A stretch of DNA of 64,000 nt from Candidatus Barnesiella excrementigallinarum (GTDB lineage Bacteria; Bacteroidota; Bacteroidia; Bacteroidales; Barnesiellaceae). Of this stretch, positions 10,541 to 19,499 are shown one piece after another. Positions within the stretch are counted from its first letter, which is position 1. The number at the start of each line of letters is the position of its first letter. Under the pieces are notes generated by a model that made no database searches, was not told the origin of the DNA, and saw only the letters and a program-made list of their open reading frames with translations. A program made the translations under genes and the position numbers. The stretch lies in NCBI GenBank assembly GCA_019114445.1, contig DXFL01000012.1:1027-65026 (forward strand), given 5' to 3'.

Positions 10541-10708
10541 ATATCAATAATTGCTTAAACAACTACAAAAGTAGTGCAACTTCACTACAAAAACAAATTT
10601 ACCTCTGTTTTTGCTCACTATACGATCAAAAAAAATGGAACCTCACCGCTTTAATAAAAAAATACGGTAAACAGAATTTGGTAATCAAATTCGTATCGCG
10701 ATAATCTA

Positions 10709-11914
10709 TTACATCTGCTCGTAATCCTTTGCCAAGCCTCCTTCGCCAGTTTCCTTGTACAACGAAGGGAGATCGTGTCCGGTCTGTTTCATTACTTCCA
10801 CAACTTTATCGAACGATACCCGATGATTCCCATCGGTAAAAGCCGAATAGATATTGGCATCCAATGCCCGTGCCGCAGCATAGGCATTCCGCTCGATACA
10901 AGGTATCTGAACCAAACCGCACACAGGGTCGCAGGTCATGCCCAAATGATGTTCGAGCCCCATTTCGGCTGCATATTCGATTTGTGCCGGACTACCCCCG
11001 AACAACTGGCTTGCTGCTGCCGAAGCCATAGCGCACGCTACACCCACTTCGCCTTGACAACCTACTTCCGCGCCCGAAATAGAAGCATTGTGTTTTACAA
11101 TATTCCCCACCAGACCAGCCGTGGCCAAAGCCCTCAAAATGCGCATATCGCTGAAATCGCGGCTCTTTTGCAAATGGTACAGCACGGCCGGGACAACCCC
11201 GCACGAGCCACACGTGGGAGCTGTTACGATACGCCCACCCGAAGCATTCTCCTCGCTCACGGCCAACGCGTAGGCAAACACGAGCCCCCGGCTCTTCAAA
11301 CTATCCTTATACCCCCGCGCCTTTATATAATAGGCCGAAGCTTTTCTCCTCAAATTCAGCGGACCCGGCAATACGCCCTCTTGGTCAAGGCCCCGTTCGA
11401 TAGCCTCACGCATGGTTTGCCACACCTCGGCCAAATAGTCCCAAATATCGGCCGATTCGCACTCTTGCACATATTCCCAGTAACTGCGTCCCGTACGTTC
11501 GCTCCACCCGAGAATCTGCGTCATGTTGTTCATCTCGTACAAATCGGGCATCTCGTCAAGAGCCTTACCCTCCTCGGCCAAAGCACCTCCACCTACACTA
11601 AACACCGTCCATTCGTCGGTCACATCGCCCTTACCGTTCTTCGAGCGGAATGTCATGCCATTCGGGTGGAATGGCAAGAAAACCGTAGGCTTCCACACTA
11701 TCTCTACCGGCGCATGAGGTTGCAGGGTATCGAGAATAGCCACATCGGTCAAGTGCCCCTTGCCGGTGGCTGCCAAACTACCATAGAGTATCACCTCAAA
11801 AGCGGCGGCCTCGCGATGGCGCTCCAAAAACAGTTCCGAAGCCTTGCGCGGCCCCATCGTATGGCTACTCGACGGGCCATACCCTATGCGATATATCTCT
11901 CGTATCGTTTTCAT
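10709..11914 (-). CDS. sdaA: L-serine ammonia-lyase (Fe-S)
   Basis: 'GPSSSHTMGP', 'YGSLAATGKGH', 'VTAPTCGSCG', 'GCQGEVG', 'LGMTCDPVCGLVQIPCIERN'. Confidence 0.95.
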   Translation of the reverse strand: MKTIREIYRIGYGPSSSHTMGPRKASELFLERHREAAAFEVILYGSLAATGKGHLTDVAILDTLQPHAPVEIVWKPTVFLPFHPNGMTFRSKNGKGDVTDEWTVFSVGGGALAEEGKALDEMPDLYEMNNMTQILGWSERTGRSYWEYVQECESADIWDYLAEVWQTMREAIERGLDQEGVLPGPLNLRRKASAYYIKARGYKDSLKSRGLVFAYALAVSEENASGGRIVTAPTCGSCGVVPAVLYHLQKSRDFSDMRILRALATAGLVGNIVKHNASISGAEVGCQGEVGVACAMASAAASQLFGGSPAQIEYAAEMGLEHHLGMTCDPVCGLVQIPCIERNAYAAARALDANIYSAFTDGNHRVSFDKVVEVMKQTGHDLPSLYKETGEGGLAKDYEQM

Positions 11915-12040
11915 CGTCCTTTACAATTTTACGACAAAGATAGAAACAAATAAGTGACAAATAGACTTGTTAAAAGCAAATTTGTCCATTTCGGCGAAAT
12001 GTTGTCACCCTATCCGAAACCCAAAGGTAACAAACCCCAT

Positions 12041-12056
12041 TGGCACACTCTTTGCA
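12041..12056 (+). promoter_or_regulatory. Sigma-54 type -24/-12 promoter for hsp20
   Basis: TGGCACACTCTTTGCA = GG-N10-GC, matching TGGCAC-N5-TTGCW. Confidence 0.65.
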
Positions 12057-12137
12057 AATAGACAAGTGACTTCGATAGCCGAAAGGCCATGAAGCCCAAA
12101 ATAGAATTAAACAACTTAAAAATAGGAGATTATAACT

Positions 12138-12566
12138 ATGTTACCCACAAGAAAAAACCAAAGTTGGTTACCCGACATTTTCAATGATTTCTTTGACAAT
12201 GACTGGATGGTAAAAACTAACGCTACGGCTCCGGCCATTAACGTAGTAGAACACGAAAACGACTATTGTGTAGAAGTTGCCGCTCCGGGTATGACAAAAA
12301 ACGATTTTCAAATCCACATCGATGAAAACGACAATCTCGTAATTACGATGGAAAAGAAAACCGAAAACAAAGAAGAAAAGAGAAAAGAGCACTATTTGCG
12401 TCGCGAATTTTCTTACTCTAAATTCCAACAGACCATGATTCTGCCCGACAATGTGGACAAAAACAAAATTTCGGCTCATGTCGAACACGGTGTCCTGACG
12501 GTCGAACTTCCTAAAATGCCCATCGAAAACAATGCAGGTGTAAGAAAATCGATCGAAATCAAATAA
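12138..12566 (+). CDS. Hsp20/alpha-crystallin small heat shock protein
   Basis: 'PAINVVEHENDYCVEVAAPG', 'YLRREFSYSKFQQTMILPDNVD', 'HGVLTVELPK'. Confidence 0.95.
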   Translation: MLPTRKNQSWLPDIFNDFFDNDWMVKTNATAPAINVVEHENDYCVEVAAPGMTKNDFQIHIDENDNLVITMEKKTENKEEKRKEHYLRREFSYSKFQQTMILPDNVDKNKISAHVEHGVLTVELPKMPIENNAGVRKSIEIK

Positions 12567-12589
12567 CAAGTTTGGGAATAAACCTATCG

Positions 12590-12631
12590 AGGCTGCAACC
12601 CTTTACAGAAAAAAGGGTACAGCCTTTTTTT
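12590..12631 (+). terminator. Rho-independent terminator after hsp20
   Basis: AGGCTGCAACCCTT...AAGGGTACAGCCT stem followed by T run. Confidence 0.75.
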
Positions 12632-12773
12632 ATGTTGTTATCATCGGCCACGACAACAAAAAAAGTTCCATAATTTGTATAAACCGCACTATTTTGCGTC
12701 CTTTGCACCCGTTTTTACAAAGATAACAAAAAAACCGCCTCGCCCGTATTCAATAGGTTATTAAGGTAATTGC

Positions 12774-13925
12774 ATGAAAAAAAGTCTTATCGCATTGGCA
12801 TTCGGCACACTGGGATTAGGAATCACCGAATTTGTCATGATGGCCATACTTCCCTACATCGCCACCGATTTACACATCAGTATCCCTACCGCCGGGCATT
12901 TAATTTCGGCCTACGCCCTCGGTGTTTGTGCAGGAGCGCCCTTACTCACACTGGCTCGCAAACGGCCACTGAAAAATATTCTACTCGGTTTGGTCACCAT
13001 CATGATGGTGGGAAATTTCTTTGCCGCACTGTCGCCCAATTACTGGACCATGCTCATAGCCCGTTTCATATCGGGATTGCCCCACGGGGCATATTTTGGA
13101 GTTGCTTCAATCGTAGCCGAAAAATTAGCCGACAAAGGGAAAGGCTCCGAAGCGGTCTCTATCATGATTGCGGGTATGACGATCGCCAACCTTTTCGGCG
13201 TCCCGCTGGGAACCTCGTTAAGTGCACTCCTCTCGTGGCGGCTCACCTTTTTACTCGTGGGGGTATGGGGAGTGATCATACTTTATTACATCTGGAAATG
13301 GGTGCCCCAAGTTTCAGGATTACCCGACAACGGGTTCAAAGGGCAATTCCGATTCTTAAAAACCAAAGCCCCCTGGCTCATTTTAGGCGCCACCATGCTG
13401 GGTAACGGCGGTGTATTTTGCTGGTATAGTTACATCAACCCTTTGCTTACTCGTGTATCGGGATTTTCGACCGAAAGTATCACCTTGCTGATGGTTTTGG
13501 CCGGATTTGGCATGGTGGTCGGGAATCTATTAGGCGGCAAATTATCCGATCGTTATACCCCCGGTCGGGTTGCCGCAGTAACACAATTCATGCTTTTCGT
13601 GGCATTACTCTCTATCTTCTTTGTCGCTTCCACCGGCTGGCTCACCGTTCTTCTCATGTGCCTTTGTACCGCCGGGCTGTTTGCCGTGTCGAGTCCCTTG
13701 CAAGTCTCCATTATCCACTTTGCCAAAGGAGGTGAACTGCTGGGTGCCGCCTGTGCACAAGTAGCCTTTAATTTGGGCAATGCCGTAGGTGCTTATTTGG
13801 GTGGATTGCCTTTGGAAGCCGGTCTCAGCTATCGCTATCCGGCACTTATAGGAGCACCTCTCGCCCTCATCGGGTTCATATTGCTCACCCTATTCTATAA
13901 AAAATATGAACCGAAAAGAGCCTAA
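12774..13925 (+). CDS. araJ: AraJ-like MFS transporter (DHA1)
   Basis: 'LALAFGTLGLGITEFVMM', 'ARFISGLPHGAYFG', 'ANLFGVPLGT', 'AFNLGNAVGA'. Confidence 0.85.
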   Translation: MKKSLIALAFGTLGLGITEFVMMAILPYIATDLHISIPTAGHLISAYALGVCAGAPLLTLARKRPLKNILLGLVTIMMVGNFFAALSPNYWTMLIARFISGLPHGAYFGVASIVAEKLADKGKGSEAVSIMIAGMTIANLFGVPLGTSLSALLSWRLTFLLVGVWGVIILYYIWKWVPQVSGLPDNGFKGQFRFLKTKAPWLILGATMLGNGGVFCWYSYINPLLTRVSGFSTESITLLMVLAGFGMVVGNLLGGKLSDRYTPGRVAAVTQFMLFVALLSIFFVASTGWLTVLLMCLCTAGLFAVSSPLQVSIIHFAKGGELLGAACAQVAFNLGNAVGAYLGGLPLEAGLSYRYPALIGAPLALIGFILLTLFYKKYEPKRA

Positions 13926-14008
13926 CCGCCACCCGGGGGAAAACCGCTCGGCAAAAAACCGACAAAAAAAAACAAAGACAAAAGGTTGTATAATTGCAAG
14001 ATAATATC

Positions 14009-14016
14009 TACCTTTG
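14009..14016 (+). promoter_or_regulatory. -7 box TACCTTTG for the rpsF operon
   Basis: TAnnTTTG match 48 nt upstream of rpsF. Confidence 0.6.
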
Positions 14017-14064
14017 CCCCGCAAAATAAAAAAAATTATACTAATTCAGTTAAACTAAACGAGT

Positions 14065-14424
14065 ATGAATCATTACGAAACCGTTTTCATTTTAACTCCC
14101 GTTTTGTCTGATGTACAGATGAAGGAAGCGGTAGACAAATTCAAAACGATTCTCACCGAACAAGGTGCCGTAATCGTGAATGAAGAAAACTGGGGATTGC
14201 GCAAACTCGCCTACCCTATCCAAAAGAAAACCACCGGTTTTTACAACCTGCTGGAATTTGACGCCGACCCTTCTGTCATCGCCAAATTGGAAGTTCAATT
14301 CCGTCGTGACGAACGTGTAATCCGTTTCTTGACGTTCAGAATGGACAAATTTGCTGCCGAATATGCTGCAAAGAGAAGAAGTGTTAAATCGTCTAACAAA
14401 GAAGTAGAAGTAAAGGAGAACTAA
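14065..14424 (+). CDS. rpsF: 30S ribosomal protein S6
   Basis: '[12 protein letters not shown]', '[10 protein letters not shown]', 'RDERVIRFL'. Confidence 0.98.
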   Translation: MNHYETVFILTPVLSDVQMKEAVDKFKTILTEQGAVIVNEENWGLRKLAYPIQKKTTGFYNLLEFDADPSVIAKLEVQFRRDERVIRFLTFRMDKFAAEYAAKRRSVKSSNKEVEVKEN

Positions 14425-14427
14425 AAA

Positions 14428-14697
14428 ATGGCACAAGCACAATCCGAAATCAGATATTTAACCCCCCCGTCGGTTGACATCAAGAAGAAAAAATACTGCC
14501 GTTTCAAGAAAAACGGTATCAAGTATATCGATTACAAAGATCCTGAATTCCTGAAAAAATTCTTGAACGAACAAGGCAAAATCCTGCCCCGTCGTATCAC
14601 AGGAACTTCGTTGAAATTTCAACGTCGTATTGCACAAGCTGTGAAAAGAGCCCGTCACTTGGCGCTGCTCCCTTATGTAACTGATATGATGAAATAA
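14428..14697 (+). CDS. rpsR: 30S ribosomal protein S18
   Basis: 'IDYKD', '[10 protein letters not shown]', '[13 protein letters not shown]'. Confidence 0.98.
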   Translation: MAQAQSEIRYLTPPSVDIKKKKYCRFKKNGIKYIDYKDPEFLKKFLNEQGKILPRRITGTSLKFQRRIAQAVKRARHLALLPYVTDMMK

Positions 14698-14720
14698 TTA
14701 AACGAAGGAGGAATTTAAGT

Positions 14721-15164
14721 ATGCAAGTAATATTGAAAGAAGACGTCGTTAACCTCGGTTACAAAGACGATGTCGTTACAGTAAAAAGCGGATACGGCCG
14801 CAACTACCTTATCCCGCAAGGAAAAGCAGTGATCGCTTCGCCCGCAGCTTTGAAAGTTCGCGAAGAAGATTTGAAACAACGGGCTCACAAACTCGAGAAA
14901 ATCAAAGCCGACGCTGTGGCTTTGGCTGCTGCTCTCGAAGGTGTTTCGCTCACCATCGGTGCAAAGACCAGCTCTACCGGCACGATCTTCGGTTCGGTAA
15001 ACAATATCCAAATCGCCGAAGCACTCGAAAAACTGGGTCATACAGTAGATCGCAAACAAATCGTTATCAAAGATACGATTAAAGAAGTGGGTAACTACAA
15101 AGCTACTATCAAACTTCACAAAGAAGTTAGCGTGGAAATCCCCTTCGAAGTGGTTGCCGAATAA
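14721..15164 (+). CDS. rplI: 50S ribosomal protein L9
   Basis: '[13 protein letters not shown]', 'GYGRNYLIP', 'IFGSV', 'LHKEV'. Confidence 0.98.
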   Translation: MQVILKEDVVNLGYKDDVVTVKSGYGRNYLIPQGKAVIASPAALKVREEDLKQRAHKLEKIKADAVALAAALEGVSLTIGAKTSSTGTIFGSVNNIQIAEALEKLGHTVDRKQIVIKDTIKEVGNYKATIKLHKEVSVEIPFEVVAE

Positions 15165-15183
15165 TTTCAAACGCAATCTTCAT

Positions 15184-15219
15184 AAAAAAAAGCACTCGAA
15201 AAAATCGAGTGCTTTTTTT
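15184..15219 (+). terminator. Rho-independent terminator after rplI
   Basis: AAAAAAAGCACTCGA AAAAA TCGAGTGCTTTTTTT perfect hairpin with A/T tails. Confidence 0.9.
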
Positions 15220-15237
15220 GTGTCTTTGCTTAATCAG

Positions 15238-15271
15238 CGACACCTTTTGTCGTCCTATGCTATTATCTTTG
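15238..15271 (+). promoter_or_regulatory. CGACA-N5-TGTCG palindrome plus -7 box TATCTTTG upstream of the WYL gene
   Basis: Palindrome at 15238-15252, TATCTTTG at 15264-15271; operator role inferred. Confidence 0.5.
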
Positions 15272-15290
15272 CCACAAAAAGCAAACCGAT

Positions 15291-16235
15291 ATGGCAAAAA
15301 TTAGTCAAATACGACGCTTGGCAATCCTCATCAACAAACTGTCGGCAGTTCAATATGTGCCAACAGACGAGCTCATCTCGTATGTAGAGAACACACTGGC
15401 TCTGTACGACAATCAAGATGCAAATTATTCACAACGAACCATGCAACGCGATTTCGCCCTCATCGACGAAATATTCGGCATAGTCATTCGTAACGATAAA
15501 TCACGAGGATACTATATTGCCGCACTCGACGAAATGACCGATAATTACAAAGACCTGCTGCTCAACTTCGAGCTGCTCAGTTCTATCAATGCCGACAGTG
15601 TACTTCAAAAGTATGTCCTTGCCGAACATCGGCAGAATACCATACGCCACGAACTCATTGCTCCGTTATTGAAGGCAATACGAAAAAGAAATCCCATTGA
15701 ATTTGACTACACCTTGGTACGCCATAACGGGGAGATCATACACAAACAGCTCCTGCCTCACTTTTTGAAAGAGTCGCAACACCGCTGGTATCTCATCGGC
15801 TATGATACCGACGGCAAACTGAAAACGTTCGGGGTGGATCGCATCTCGACAATAAACGTCCTCGAGGGAACTCAATTCCACCGCAATGAACTCATAGATA
15901 TTCCTGCGCTCTTCCGAGAGAGTTACGGAATATGGAACACCCCCGAAGACCCAATCGAAGACATTATACTCAAATACGACTCGGTCGATGGAGCTTTTGT
16001 TAAAACGCTCCCCCTGCACCACTCACAGCAGATTCTTAGCGAAACCTCAACGGGAGTCACCATCAAACTGCGACTTCGTATCACCAACGATTTTGTGATG
16101 GAGTTGCTCTCCCGCAGCCGCTCGGTCGAAGTAATTGCCCCCCTCTCACTACGGACTCGCATATATGCCACCTTGCAACAGGCAGCCAATCGAAATAAAC
16201 CAAGCAAACCCGAAAGTGAAGAGAGAATCGACTAA
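15291..16235 (+). CDS. WYL domain transcriptional regulator (HTH-WYL-WCX)
   Basis: N-terminal wHTH 'SQRTMQRDF', 'LKESQHRWYLIG', 'KTFGVDRI', WCX 'LPLHHSQ'. Confidence 0.93.
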   Translation: MAKISQIRRLAILINKLSAVQYVPTDELISYVENTLALYDNQDANYSQRTMQRDFALIDEIFGIVIRNDKSRGYYIAALDEMTDNYKDLLLNFELLSSINADSVLQKYVLAEHRQNTIRHELIAPLLKAIRKRNPIEFDYTLVRHNGEIIHKQLLPHFLKESQHRWYLIGYDTDGKLKTFGVDRISTINVLEGTQFHRNELIDIPALFRESYGIWNTPEDPIEDIILKYDSVDGAFVKTLPLHHSQQILSETSTGVTIKLRLRITNDFVMELLSRSRSVEVIAPLSLRTRIYATLQQAANRNKPSKPESEERID

Positions 16236-16298
16236 ACGACATGATAAACAATACAAAAACACAATACCCCAAGATTTGTTATTGCAAAAAACATTTCA

Positions 16299-16306
16299 TA
16301 CCTTTG
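16299..16306 (+). promoter_or_regulatory. -7 box TACCTTTG upstream of the low-GC islet
   Basis: TAnnTTTG match overlapping an imperfect hairpin TGTCATGCGTGG/CCACGTGACA. Confidence 0.5.
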
Positions 16307-16573
16307 TCATGCGTGGTTCTCCACGTGACATAGTAGATAGATGAAAGTGTTAGCTTTTATTCTCGAATGGAAATCTGGTAAATTTCACTTGTACCGAGAA
16401 TAAGCAATAATATTCATCACCGTATGTAGTATCATCCTTGTTACTATAACGGTGTGGGGTATTGTTTATCGGTACAGGGCTTACCAGAGCCTCCATTCAA
16501 TAAACTAATGACTCCACACTTTCTTTTTTAAATGCTATCATAGGAGTCAGGGTAGCAAAGGAGGACGACTATT

Positions 16574-18556
16574 ATGGCAAAAATAGAAGAGATAATTAAT
16601 GCCGTTGACAACAAATTACTCGAGATGGGGAAAGACCATCTTATACTACAACAAGCGAGTAAACTCTTATTAGCATTAGGTATTATAGAAAACTCCAAGG
16701 AGTTAAAACAATTACTTGAAAAAGGGGAAATTCCTCATGCCTACAAGACAAATACGTCTCCAAAACAATGGATATTACCGCTTTCTGAGGAAAGAAAGAA
16801 TAGGAGGAACAAATTGAACAATAAGAAATACAACCTAACAACTATAAATATCATGAAACAAGTTAAACTGGTGTATGCAATTTTGGCAAGTTTAATCTTC
16901 ACGGCATGTTCAAAAACAGACAATAAATACGTTGAATACATACCTTTCCAAGAATTCGAGAATGGATTATGGGGAATGATTGCGCCTAATGGAGAAATCT
17001 TATTTTCCGAAGAATTCGAAGAAAAACCGACAGTTGTACACAACGGTAGATTCTTCATTCAAACAAACGATAGGACATGGGAAATGTACACAGCCGAAAA
17101 AAAGCCCCAACCTATAGGCAAAGAATATGCTCACATTTCTGGATTTCAAAACGGTGTTGCCGTTGTCTCCGAGAAAGGAAAGCCAGTCTCTATCATAGAC
17201 ACTGAAGGTAATACAATAAAAGTACTTGACTCAATTGCAGAGAAAAAAGTTCTTGGTGTCAGACCTTTCAAAAATAACTATGCTGTATTTATAACAACCG
17301 ACTCTCTTATGGGCGCGGTCAACAGAAATGGAATTTGTATTATAAAGCCGGAATACTATATTCTAAGCGAGTGTAGCGACAATAAATTCATCGGAATCCA
17401 CTCAAAGTATAGGAACAAAAATGAATTTATTATTTCAGTTATCAACACAACTGGGGAAACAAAACTTGAACTTCCACAAGATAAATGCAATCATATAGGA
17501 AGACTATATTTCTCTCATGGAATGTTAGCGGTCTGTGTAACAATAGGGAATCAGGAAAAGTGGGGTATCATAAACGATATGGGAGAATATGTGGTTAAAC
17601 CATCTTCAAAATTCAAGGAGATTGGTTCCATTTCTGAAAAATCATTTACTTATAATAATGGTGTAGGTTGGGGGTTAATGGGTATAGACGGTAAAACAAT
17701 GATTAGGCCTAAATACAAAGGTCTTTACCACGACCAAGAGAATCTACTATTAGCTAAAATTAAAAAAGATAGCATATATGAATACATATACATAGATGAC
17801 AAAGATAATCCTATTGAAAAAGAGAAATACAAATGGGTCTTCCCATTCTCACAATTAGACGGCGTTCATTCAATTGTAAATATTGATGATTACTTCTCAA
17901 TTATAAATAAAAAAGGAGAAAAAATAGAAAGACTCCCCAATATTACCAATATAGGATTCTCTGAGGGAGAGGACTTTATTGAAAGTGATTTTCTTGATTT
18001 GAACAATTTTATTTCCGAATTAAACATATCTCCCGATGGATTCATGGGGTTAACTTTTAAATCGACACCACAAGAAGCAGTCAAACTATCTGTTGAGTTC
18101 GGCAACTTTATAGGATATAGTAAGGATGAACCAGTTGATGATCCTATGTGGTATAATAACAACGACTATGTTAAAATTAAAAGGACTATAGGTAATATTG
18201 AAACACTAAGCTACATCAATTTTACAGGCAATCTGAGCAAAAAAATATACCATACAAAACGAGAACTTAATTATGATTACTGGAATGGATATTACTATTA
18301 TAGCGACAACAAGATTCCAGCGGGCTACAAATGGAGCGATGTTTCTCTCTCCAGTTTTACCTTATACATATATAATAGAGGAATAATGCATGGCAAATTA
18401 AATTCATTATTCTCAGCACTATCCGATAAATTCAAAACTTTTGGCACTGTAATCGAAGAACAAGAAGATTTTATTAAGCTAAAACTCAATAATACATATT
18501 CCGCCATTATTGTAGTTTCTGAAGATAACCTTGGAGTTTCTTGGGGGAATTTATAA
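16574..18556 (+). CDS. WG-repeat lipoprotein with extra ~93-aa N-terminal domain (alternative start 16853)
   Basis: 'LWGMIAPNG', 'KWGIINDMGEYVVKP', 'WGLMGIDGKTMIRPKY' repeats; lipoprotein signal MKQVKLVYAILASLIFTAC starts at codon 94; low GC. Confidence 0.75.
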   Translation: MAKIEEIINAVDNKLLEMGKDHLILQQASKLLLALGIIENSKELKQLLEKGEIPHAYKTNTSPKQWILPLSEERKNRRNKLNNKKYNLTTINIMKQVKLVYAILASLIFTACSKTDNKYVEYIPFQEFENGLWGMIAPNGEILFSEEFEEKPTVVHNGRFFIQTNDRTWEMYTAEKKPQPIGKEYAHISGFQNGVAVVSEKGKPVSIIDTEGNTIKVLDSIAEKKVLGVRPFKNNYAVFITTDSLMGAVNRNGICIIKPEYYILSECSDNKFIGIHSKYRNKNEFIISVINTTGETKLELPQDKCNHIGRLYFSHGMLAVCVTIGNQEKWGIINDMGEYVVKPSSKFKEIGSISEKSFTYNNGVGWGLMGIDGKTMIRPKYKGLYHDQENLLLAKIKKDSIYEYIYIDDKDNPIEKEKYKWVFPFSQLDGVHSIVNIDDYFSIINKKGEKIERLPNITNIGFSEGEDFIESDFLDLNNFISELNISPDGFMGLTFKSTPQEAVKLSVEFGNFIGYSKDEPVDDPMWYNNNDYVKIKRTIGNIETLSYINFTGNLSKKIYHTKRELNYDYWNGYYYYSDNKIPAGYKWSDVSLSSFTLYIYNRGIMHGKLNSLFSALSDKFKTFGTVIEEQEDFIKLKLNNTYSAIIVVSEDNLGVSWGNL

Positions 18557-18605
18557 CATATACAATATATTAGACGATAGCAATATTCAAATAATAATGT
18601 AAATC

Positions 18606-19409
18606 ATGAAGGGAAAAAAAGAATTTACAAAAGCCGAAATCGAACAATTGTTACAACTCATCAAAGAGAGAAAACAAACTCTATCGAGCAAACAAAAATC
18701 GATACGGGACAAAATGCGCAAACTGGGATTCTACGGAAGAGACGATTGGGGTATAACAGACTGCACTGAATCAGATTTAATGCAGTTGATAAACAATAGA
18801 AAAATAACCGTGAAAGATGACAATATAGACGAACCTAATCGCTCTTCATTTATATCAATAATGAAAAATAGTTGTATCGACAAAAATGGGAAAATAGCAA
18901 AAAGCCAACTAAATTATATAACTCCGAGATTCAAGACCATCGACGATTTGAAAACAGCCGGATTCGAGGGATTCGTTCCGGTAGCACAACTGAAAAACGA
19001 CAACTCGGCAATGCCCCAAGTGCCAGGGGTATACATGGTTGTCTATATGGGTAAAGGTATACCCGAATTTCTCTCACATGGCACAGGCGGTTTCTTTAAA
19101 GGGGAAGACCCCAATGTACCAATAGCCGAATTGAAATCGAACTGGATAGAAAACACTTGCGTAATCTACATTGGTCAAACTAAAACAACCATTCGCAAGC
19201 GAGTGAAAGATTATTTGAAATTTGGCTGTGGTCAAAAAGTAGGACATAAGGGAGGTCGTTACATTTGGCAAATAAAAGAATCAGACCAATTACTGTTCTG
19301 TTGGAAACCTACTCCTGATGAAGAACCTGACACAATTGAGAAATTACTCATCGCCCAATTCAAGGAACAATATGGTGGGCGACGACCGTTCGCCAATCTC
19401 AAAGACTAA
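18606..19409 (+). CDS. Putative GIY-YIG superfamily nuclease with N-terminal helical domain
   Basis: 'PGVYMV'...'YIGQT'...'IRKRVKDY'...'IEKLLIAQF'...'PFAN' follows the GIY-YIG-R-E-N pattern. Confidence 0.65.
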   Translation: MKGKKEFTKAEIEQLLQLIKERKQTLSSKQKSIRDKMRKLGFYGRDDWGITDCTESDLMQLINNRKITVKDDNIDEPNRSSFISIMKNSCIDKNGKIAKSQLNYITPRFKTIDDLKTAGFEGFVPVAQLKNDNSAMPQVPGVYMVVYMGKGIPEFLSHGTGGFFKGEDPNVPIAELKSNWIENTCVIYIGQTKTTIRKRVKDYLKFGCGQKVGHKGGRYIWQIKESDQLLFCWKPTPDEEPDTIEKLLIAQFKEQYGGRRPFANLKD

Positions 19410-19499
19410 TAAGTCGCCAATCTTTATGAGAATCAAGGTCCAAAACATATTGTGGCCTTGATTTTCATTTTAAACAAATCTTACAAATCAAACATAAAT

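Noticed and set aside
10547-10588. MarR operator (GTAGTG-N6-CACTAC overlapping the -7 box)
   Set aside because: Short enough to be chance, and ordinary MarR autoregulation if real
16341-16508. Small membrane-protein pseudogene (MKVLAF...RE*AIIFITVCSIILV...)
   Set aside because: Only 56 codons with an internal stop; hydrophobic runs arise easily in AT-rich DNA; no supporting homology available
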